A DNA stretch of 64,000 nucleotides, taken from contig CBDDEL010000009.1 of assembly GCA_965226885.1 (NCBI GenBank), positions 64,001 to 128,000 of the forward strand, given 5' to 3'. The notes under the pieces are model-generated. The model was not told the origin of the DNA. It saw only the letters and a list, made by a program, of their open reading frames with translations, and ran no database searches. This DNA comes from Opitutales bacterium (lineage in GTDB: Bacteria; Verrucomicrobiota; Verrucomicrobiia; Opitutales; UBA2987). Positions 56,037-64,000 of the stretch are shown here, piece after piece (the first letter of the stretch is position 1; each line of letters begins with the position of its first letter). The position numbers and the translations under genes are program-made.

Positions 56037-58633
56037 TTAATGCAGACGGATCGTGCGGACATAAACGACAATTTCTTTGGAGTTGTCCAGGCCGATGGCT
56101 CCTCCATAAATCAACACTTTTTTCTCCAGATAGTATATTATCGGTTTAGTAACCAGCAGCGATGTAATATCGACATAGGCGATGCGTTTGCCCCGCCCGG
56201 TAACCAATTGAAACTTAAACTTCGGCTTTTTCCCGATCCAGCCAGTGGCATTTTCAAGGATGCCTTCAAAATATCGCGGGGGGCTCTCGGCCGATGGGTT
56301 AGCGTAAACGGAAGGAACGATTCCGGGAATTGCAATCGGGGCGGAGCCATCGGGCTGTGTCCTGGTTGTTTCATCCCCAAAACTGAGGACGGGCAGGGTT
56401 TTCGACGGGTGTTTGAAATATAAGGGTAGAGATTTTGAAAAGCTGATTTCAGCCCAGTCCTCGGCATAGATCAACTCGGCCGCATCCTCTGTCGTAATTA
56501 GAGGCTGTCCCAAAAATATAAAGATTTTATAGTCAACTGGATGACGTTGATAAAAAGAGCCGGAAAGAGCAAGTTTTTGCTCGATCCGGCCAAAAAAGGG
56601 TTCTATAAAAGGGTTCTATAATTGAGTTAGCGAAAATCAATATAGCCCTTTCTATGAAAAATATAGCCATCCAATGCCTCCTGCGTCCAGCTTTAACTGT
56701 GGTCGACCGGTGCCTCGATTACGATAACTTCCGCGCCACCATTGATCGAATCGATCGGCTGCTGATCGACTCGGAGGTGGAATCGCAGGCCATTGAGCTG
56801 GCCTTGGAGGGGTGGCCGCCAATGGGTCTAAAGGCCCGGCGGCAGCGGGCCGTCTGCTCGGAGGGATTTCGTTTCGGCATTTGTCGCGGGCTCTGGGCAG
56901 CAGCGATCTGTTGGCCGACTTTTGCCGTGTCCGGCAGATCGATGGCATCAGGGGCATCTCCAAAAGCACCCTGGAGCGGGCCTCGAAGTTTTTCAGCGAA
57001 GAGCAGTTGAGGGCCTTGCACCGGACCTTGACTGAGGTGGTGGGCGATGCCCTTCTGGCCCGGCAGGTGGGATTGGACAAGCCGATTGACACCACCATTT
57101 GCCTGATCGACGGCACCTTTTGCCTGATCGACGGCACCTGTTTAGAGGCTAACATTCATTGGCCGACGGACTGGGTATTACTCAAGGATGTAGCCGGCAC
57201 GTTGCTCAAAGCGATCCGGCTGATCCGCGAGAAGGCCGGTGTGCGCCATCGCATGCCGATCGAACCGGAGCCCTTGGCTCGGCAGATGAATCGGCTGTGC
57301 ATACAGATGACCCACAGCCGGCGGCGAAAGGACAGCGCGCGGCAGCGCAAGGGTATCTTGAGGCAGATGAAAAAGCTGTTCAAACGGATCGGGGAGCATG
57401 CCCGCAGTCACCGGGAATTATTGCAAGCCTGCTGGGAGCAAAGCGATTACAGCGAAAAACAGGTCCAACAGATCCTCGCCCGGATGGAGCGCATGAGCGA
57501 GCAAATCCCGGTGGTCATCAAACAGGCGCACGAGCGGATCATTGGCGGCCGCCAGGTGAAAAACGCAGAGAAAGTCTTGAGTGTTTACGAACTCGATGGG
57601 CAGGTGATTGTGCGAGGTAAAGCGGGCCAAGAGGTCGAGTTCGGCAACACCCTGTTTTTGGGAGAAAGCGTTGAAGGGTACCTGCTGGACTGGAAACTCT
57701 ACGGCAGCCGAACTCCAAGCGAAAATGAACAAATGCAAGAGAGTTTGCAAAGACAGAACCGCTTCAACCTGGAAGAACCCATAGCGGCCATGTGCGCGGA
57801 CCGGGGATTTGCCTCCCAGCGGGCCCGCCGGCAGTTAGCCCAGGAGGGAATCTACGACGCGCTCTGTCCACGCGATCCGAAGCAGTTGAAAAAACGGATG
57901 GAGGAACCACTGTTCAGACAATTGCAAAAGCGCCGGGCCAGCACCGAAGGGCGGATCGGGGTATTGAAGAATCGCTGGCAGGCCGGGCGGTTGCGCAGCA
58001 AAGGCTTTGCCAACCGCTCGATCAGCGTAGCCTGGTCGGTACTCTCGCACAACCTATGGAAAGTAGCCAAGATGCTGGCCCAGCAAGACGAACTAAAAAC
58101 CAAAGCGGCGGCCTAGAGAGCGGAAAAGCAAGGACAATACTTTTTCACAGCCGTACTGTCGGCTCATACAAAGAAAACCAGGCAACCGGACCCCAAAACC
58201 AGTATCCTAACGTCATAGGAGAGCAAAGTTGATACTCTCCCAAATGCAGATACCTCTAAAATGAGCGCCTATCAAAAGCCCTCGCAAAAATCACCCTTTT
58301 GGGACAGCCTCTAATTACGGTCAGGACAGGGCTGGAGGAAGAGGCTCGCAAGTATACGAGGGCACCGGGTCTGACCGATAAATCTTTGGCCACCTCTTTA
58401 AGTTCCACGAAACCTTTGAAATTGCCTTGGTAACCAAGCCAGTACCATCCCTCCGCCCGGTTGTCTTCGTCCATGACCGGGTCGGCCCCAGCCAGGCGTT
58501 TATCCTCAGTATTTATATTGGCTAATTTATGCGAACCGGCGTCGGGAGCCAGGTAAAGGGCGATATTTTCCGCGGCATTTGAGATCGCGGGGGCAATCGT
58601 CAAGAGGAGAAGGAGGAGGGTTATTTTTCCCAT
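56037..58633 (-). pseudogene. Secreted hypothetical protein split by IS copy 4
   Basis: N-part MGKITLLLL...SSPVLTVI (58312-58633) rejoins TTEDAAELIY... (56037-56500) after removing the IS and one TAATTA. Confidence 0.85.
56501..58311 (+). mobile_element. IS5/ISNCY-like element, copy 4; transposase frameshifted
   Basis: 6-bp target duplication TAATTA; length 1817+13+21-40; 40-bp deletion between GGGCC microhomologies at 56847-56851. Confidence 0.93.
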
Positions 58634-58685
58634 TTAATTATCCGGTGGTTTCTGCTTTTAAAATTGGCACAAGAAAATGGCTTTG

Positions 58686-60232
58686 TCAGCCTAATAGTAA
58701 ATTTATTTCTTTTTCGGTGAGAAGACGGCATTGGCCCGAGCCCAGCCCCCGGAGAATCAAGCCGCCAATTTGATATCGCTGCAGGCGGCGGACATAGCAT
58801 CCGAAATGCTCGAACATGCGGCGGATTTCCCTTTTGCGTCCGTGGTTCAAGAGGACCTCATACTGTTTGCCGGCCTGGGCTCCTTTAGCAATCGGAATAA
58901 TTTTTTCGGCCTTCAGTTTTTCGCCATCAATGTGGACTCCCCTACAGAGGGCGGCAATGGCTGAGTTGGCGGCCGGTTTGTTCAGCCATACATGGTAACG
59001 CTTGATGATCTCATTGCGCGGATGGGTGATGCGCTGGGCGAGGGCGCCGTCGCTGGTCAGGATAAGCAATCCCTCGCTCTCCAGGTCCAGCCTTCCGGCG
59101 CAAAATAGCCGGTGTTGGCGGTAGCGGGCGGGCAGCAGATCGAAGACGGTCTGCTTGTGAAAGGGGTCCTTGTTGCTGCAAACCAAACCGGCGGGCTTGT
59201 TCAACATGAACGTTACGGGGGAAGCCCGCCTCTGCTTAACGGGAATTCCACTGACAGTAATAATATCTTTACCGGGATCTACTTTCTGGCCAATCTTGGC
59301 CGTAACGCCGTTTACCTTGATCTTGCCGTCACCAATCCACCTCTCGGCCTCCCGGCGGGAGCAAAATCCGGGGTAGTGTATAAAAAAAGAATGTTATTTT
59401 GTATTTTTAGCTGTACAAATAGCGTTAGGCAGTTTATTCTTAGTGCATGGTTACTAAAATTATTAATTGTCGGCACTGTGGAAGTGAAAATATCATTAAA
59501 TTTGGCAAGACGCCCAACCATAAACAGCGCTACCGCTGCCATGATTGTGGTAAACAAAGCCGCGAAAACCCCACAGTGAAATACACCGAAGAGCAAAAAG
59601 AAATGATCCTTCGAGTCTATCAGGAACGCAGCAGTCTACGCGGTTTACAGCGCGCCTTCGGGGTGAGTCCCAACACCGTTTTGAGTTGGTTAAAAAAAAC
59701 GACAATCGCTGCGACCGCTCAAAAGCACGATTCTTGCGGCCCGCCGCCATGATGTCATTGAACTGGACGAACTGTGGTCTTTTGTGGGGCGCAAGAGCGA
59801 TGCCCAATGGGTTTGGATCGCTCTTTGCCGACGCACCCGTCAAATCCTCTCCTATGCCATTGGGCCTCGGGATTGGTATCGTTGCCGGGAACTTTACGAG
59901 CGTCTGCCACGGGCCTACAAAAGATGTGCCACCTACAGCGACTTTTGGAGCACTTATGATGAAGTCTTTCCTCATAACCGATCCGTGGGAAAAGAAACCG
60001 GTGAAACGGCCCATGTGGAACGATGGAACAATACCCTGCGCCAACGACTGGGTCGTTTCACACGCAAAACCCTCTCCTTTTCCAAGCTTAAGAGTATGCA
60101 TGAAACCTGTCTGAGACTTTTCATTCATCAATATAATCAAGAATTAGCCACCATTCCTACTTAATACACTACCCAAAATCCCTCGTTGGCCAGGTATTTA
60201 TGCAAACGAATCCGTTCTATTTCCACTGTCAT
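58686..60232 (-). pseudogene. rRNA pseudouridine synthase (RsuA/RluB family) interrupted by IS1
   Basis: S4 domain MTVEIERIRLHKYLANEGF|CSRREAE split by the IS; motifs LNKPAG, GRLDLESEGLL, GRKREIRRM. Confidence 0.9.
59372..60173 (+). mobile_element. IS1-family element A, copy 2 (insA from 59447, insB to 60164, A8C slip site 59692-59700)
   Basis: Ends GGTAGTGTA / TACACTACC; CAAAATCC duplicated on both sides, with 2 extra bases on the left. Confidence 0.93.
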
Positions 60233-60341
60233 AAGTTGTCTTTGGAGATTAGCATGGCACATCTAGCCAAGAAGCAAAGGAAAGAATTGCTTTGGGCCGC
60301 TGAATAACTTTAGAAGCTGTCCGAAAAGCGAAAATGACTTT

Positions 60342-61516
60342 ATGAGCACTGTTTCTAAAGAAAAACCTGTCCACGACAAAAATAATCCTTTTTCAGCCCG
60401 CCTGACGGAGAACTGGCTGCTGAGCAAGGAGGGCTCCATCAAGGATACACGCCATTTTGTGGTAGATATCGAGGGCAGCGGCCTGGTTTACACTTGCGGG
60501 GATTCATTGGGCATTTTTCCGACCAATGAGCCGGAGAATGTGCAAGAGCTGCTCAATGTTCTGGGCGCCACCGGGGATGAAATGGTGCGTCTGCCCAAAA
60601 ATGAGGAAGACATTTCCTTGCGGGAAGCTCTCAGCCACAGGCTGTCGCTGGCGCAGCCCACTAAAAAGATACTAAGATACTCAAGGCCCTTTTGGAAAGC
60701 GGGGTGGATGGGGAGACTAAAAAACAATTGGAGGAGAAACTGGCCCCCGAAAACAATGAGCAAACCAAGGAATACCTGGAAAATCGCGAGTTTGCCGACC
60801 TCCTTCTGGATTTTCCGGGAGCCAGGCTGGCGCCGCAGGATTTTATTCTCAATTTGCGAAAACTGATGCCGCGCCTCTACTCGATCGCCTCTTCGCCAAC
60901 CGTTTATCCCGATGAAATCCATCTTACGGTGGCAGTGGTTCGCTATAACACCAATGGCCGCGACCGCGCCGGAGTCTGCTCGTCATATTTAGCGGATCGG
61001 GCTCCTCTGTTGGAGAACTGTGTAGCGGTTTTCGTGGCGAAATCTCATTTTGGCCTGCCCGAGGATGGTTCGGCGGGCCTTATCATGGTTGGGCCCGGCA
61101 CCGGCATCGCCCCGTTTCGGGCATTTTTACAGGAACGGATTACCCGAGGTGGAAAGGGAAGGAGCTGGATCTTTTTCGGCGATCAGCATCACGATACGGA
61201 TTATCTTTACGGAGATGAATTTGATAAATACCTGACCGAGGGCCAACTCGACCGCCTCGATTTGGCCTGGTCCCGCGACCAGGATTACAAAATTTACGTT
61301 CAGGACAAAATGCTCGAAAATGCCGCCGAGTTATGGAAATGGCTGCAAGAAGGCGCTTATTTCTATGTTTGCGGAGACGCCAAAAGAATGGCCAAAGATG
61401 TGAACGCCGCCCTCCATCAAATCGCTAGGGAGCAGGGGAGCATGAGCGAGGAGGAAGCCGTTGCCTGGGTCAAAAATCTGAAAAAGGAAAAACGTTACCA
61501 AAGGGATGTCTATTAA
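60342..61516 (+). pseudogene. CysJ-like FAD/NADPH reductase lacking a flavodoxin domain, frameshifted
   Basis: PRLYSIASS, GVCSSYL, GPGTGIAPFR, YVCGDAKRMAKDV, RYQRDVY motifs; 8-bp duplication AAGATACT at 60666-60681 splits the ORF. Confidence 0.88.
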
Positions 61517-61573
61517 ACATCTTGGGATCGTCAAAATATTACAATCAACCATTAATTTTTAGCTGATAAGTCC

Positions 61574-62334
61574 ATGTCATTAGAAAATAGAGTTGCCCTG
61601 GTCACCGGTGCCGGGCGGGGGATCGGCCGGGCTATTGCCGAACAACTGGCTGCAGGCGGTGCCCACGTGCTCTGCGTCAGCGCCGCTCGGAAAACAGTTG
61701 CGGCGCCACTGCCGAGGCCATCAACCAATCCGGTGGGGCCGCCTCATGGCACGCCGTCGATGTCTCCGATGGCCGGGCTGTAGCGGAATTGGCCAAGTCT
61801 TTGCTGGAAATACATGGCACCGTAGATATTCTGGTTAATAACGCCGGAATCACTCGAGATGGTCTCATACTTCGCATGTCGGAGGAAAATTGGCATGATG
61901 TCATCGAGACGAATCTCTCCAGTTGCTTTCACTGGGTGAAGAACCTGGCCCACCCCATGGCCCGGGCACGCTGGGGCCGCATTGTCAATATTACCTCAGT
62001 CAGCGGTTTGGCGGGAAATGCAGGCCAGGCCAATTATGCTTCCTCCAAGGCCGGTATGATCGGGTTGACCAAAACCCTGGCCAAAGAACTGGCCTCACGC
62101 CAAATCACCGTCAACGCGGTGGCGCCAGGTTTTATTGAGACCGATATGACTTCTGGACTTGACGAAAAAACGCGCGACATCATTTTAAAGAACATTCCTT
62201 TGAAACGGCTGGGTCAACCTTCAGAGCTGGGTCAACCTTCAGATATTGCCAACATGGTGGATTATTTGTGCTCCGAGAAGGCAGCATACATCACCGGGCA
62301 AATTTTTACAGTTGACGGCGGCATGGTCATGTGA
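61574..62334 (+). pseudogene. fabG: 3-oxoacyl-ACP reductase, frameshifted
   Basis: TGAGRGIG, NNAGITRD, YASSK motifs; extra GC at 61680-61683 and in-frame 18-bp duplication at 62208-62243. Confidence 0.9.
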
Positions 62335-62368
62335 TGCGAAATACGTAAAAGTAAACCTAATATCGAAT

Positions 62369-62626
62369 ATGGCAGATAAAACTATTGCACAGCGGGTCAG
62401 CGAAATCATTGTTAACCAGCTCAATGTCAATGAGGAGCAAGTTACTCCAGAGGCATCTTTTCTCGATGATCTCGGGGCGGACTCGTTGGATACCGTTGAG
62501 CTAATCATGGCTTTCGAGGAGGAATTCAAGGACGAGATCGATGGCGAAATTCCCGAGAGCGATGCGGAGCAACTGCAAACGGTTGGCGATGTCGTCAAGT
62601 ACCTTGAAGATAAAGCCGGCAGCTGA
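62369..62626 (+). CDS. acpP: Acyl carrier protein
   Basis: [21 protein letters not shown]; located between fabG and fabF. Confidence 0.95.
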   Translation: MADKTIAQRVSEIIVNQLNVNEEQVTPEASFLDDLGADSLDTVELIMAFEEEFKDEIDGEIPESDAEQLQTVGDVVKYLEDKAGS

Positions 62627-62694
62627 TCCTTTTTCAGCCCCTTCCCCTGATTGTCCCTGATTGTTAATCTAGCCGAGGCCGGGCGACCTCCCTC

Positions 62695-63948
62695 ATGGAC
62701 CAGCATTCCCCCAACCACCGAGTGGTCATCACAGGAATCGGGGTTGTCACCTCTCTTGGTAACAATATCGAATCCTTTTGGACCAGCCTTCTGGCCGGTC
62801 GATGCGGCATCGACCGGGTGGGCCGGTTCGACCCTTCGGAATTTACCTGTCAATTAAGCGCCGAAGCGCGGGATTTCGATCCCCTTCAGTATATGGACGC
62901 CAAGGAAGTGCGGCGTAACGATCGTTACACCCAACTGGCTTTGGGCGCCGCCAAGGAAGCAATCAAAGACGGCAGCCTGGACGTGACAAGGCTGGATAAA
63001 ACTCGTTTCGGCGTGCTCATGGGGTCGGGAATCGGCGGGATGGAGACCTTCGAGATACAATACGACCGGCTCACCAAGTTAGGGCCGCGCAAAGTCTCAC
63101 CCTTTACCATTCCATCGCTCATTGCCAATATCGCTTCCGGGGTGGTGGCCATCGAACTGGGCGCCAAGGGCCCCAATTTCGGGCTCGTAAGCGCTTGCTC
63201 CACCTCCGCCCATTCCATCGGCGAAGCCCTTCGCATGATTCGTTATGGCGATGCCGACATCATGTTGGCGGGCGGCAGCGAAGCCTCTATCACCCGGTTG
63301 AGCTTCGCCGGTTTTTGCTCCATGAAAGCCATGAGCACGAGCCGCAATGACGACCCCAAACGCGCCAGTCGGCCCTTTGACAAAACACGCGACGGATTTA
63401 TCATGGGCGAAGGCGCCGGTGCCGTCATTATCGAATCAGAGGAGCATGCCCGGGCTCGCGGCGCTCATATCTATTGCGAGTTGGCTGGATACTCAGCTAC
63501 CTGCGACGCTTACCACATTACTTCTCCTGATCCTACGGGAGAGGGATTGGCCCTTTGCCTCAATAACTCTTTAAAAGATGCCGGCCTGGCCGCCCACGAG
63601 ATCGACTATATAAACGCTCACGGCACCTCCACCCAATTGAATGACAAAACCGAAACTAGCGCGGTTAAAGAAGTGTTTGGGGACCATGCCCGCAAGCTGC
63701 TCATTAGTTCGACAAAATCCATGACCGGGCACCTTCTGGGAGCGGCCGGGGCCATCGAGGTGGCCGCCTGCATCAAGGTCATTGAAACGGGCGAAGTTCC
63801 TCCCACCATCAATTACGAAGTCCCCGACGAGAATTGTGATTTAAATTACGTGCCCAACAAAAAGACATCGGCCAATGTCAGGGTTGCCATGACCAATAGT
63901 CTTGGATTCGGCGGCCACAATGCCAGTATAATTTTAAAGGCTTTGTAG
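62695..63948 (+). CDS. fabF: Beta-ketoacyl-ACP synthase II
   Basis: SACST, NAHGTST, GHLLGAAG and NSLGFGGHN motifs. Confidence 0.95.
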   Translation: MDQHSPNHRVVITGIGVVTSLGNNIESFWTSLLAGRCGIDRVGRFDPSEFTCQLSAEARDFDPLQYMDAKEVRRNDRYTQLALGAAKEAIKDGSLDVTRLDKTRFGVLMGSGIGGMETFEIQYDRLTKLGPRKVSPFTIPSLIANIASGVVAIELGAKGPNFGLVSACSTSAHSIGEALRMIRYGDADIMLAGGSEASITRLSFAGFCSMKAMSTSRNDDPKRASRPFDKTRDGFIMGEGAGAVIIESEEHARARGAHIYCELAGYSATCDAYHITSPDPTGEGLALCLNNSLKDAGLAAHEIDYINAHGTSTQLNDKTETSAVKEVFGDHARKLLISSTKSMTGHLLGAAGAIEVAACIKVIETGEVPPTINYEVPDENCDLNYVPNKKTSANVRVAMTNSLGFGGHNASIILKAL

Positions 63949-64000
63949 AGAACCGACAGGGGGGCAATTTCCTGGCCGGGAAAATTCGGAAACGGCTGAT

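Overview
This 64-kb bacterial window most likely comes from a Verrucomicrobiota (Opitutae-like) genome. That is an inference from the double-length UvrA and the ACP insertion [15 protein letters not shown]. About 22 kb (roughly one third) is insertion sequence from eight distinct elements: IS1380, two IS630, two IS1, two IS3 and an IS5/ISNCY-like element in four copies, plus a MITE. Many of these are nested inside each other or inside host genes. Intact host genes include phoD, uvrA, hicAB, ggt, eno, an OPT transporter, hemJ, a cluster of secreted glycan/phosphoester hydrolases, a P1B ATPase, a GT2 enzyme, acpP, fabF, tRNA-Pro(CGG) and tRNA-Ile2(CAU). Broken genes include an internalin-type LRR gene, a methyltransferase, mazE, mazF, the transketolase C-subunit, a LamG/propeller hydrolase, a pseudouridine synthase, a CysJ-like reductase and fabG. 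The most unusual signal is a set of at least 13 perfect head-to-tail micro-duplications of 2-24 bp. Five are demonstrably derived by comparing IS copies, and they cluster in decaying genes while sparing long intact ones. This suggests an insertion-biased mutational process in a genome undergoing early degradation, although an assembly artefact cannot be excluded from sequence alone. Family assignments are from motif recognition, not database searches.
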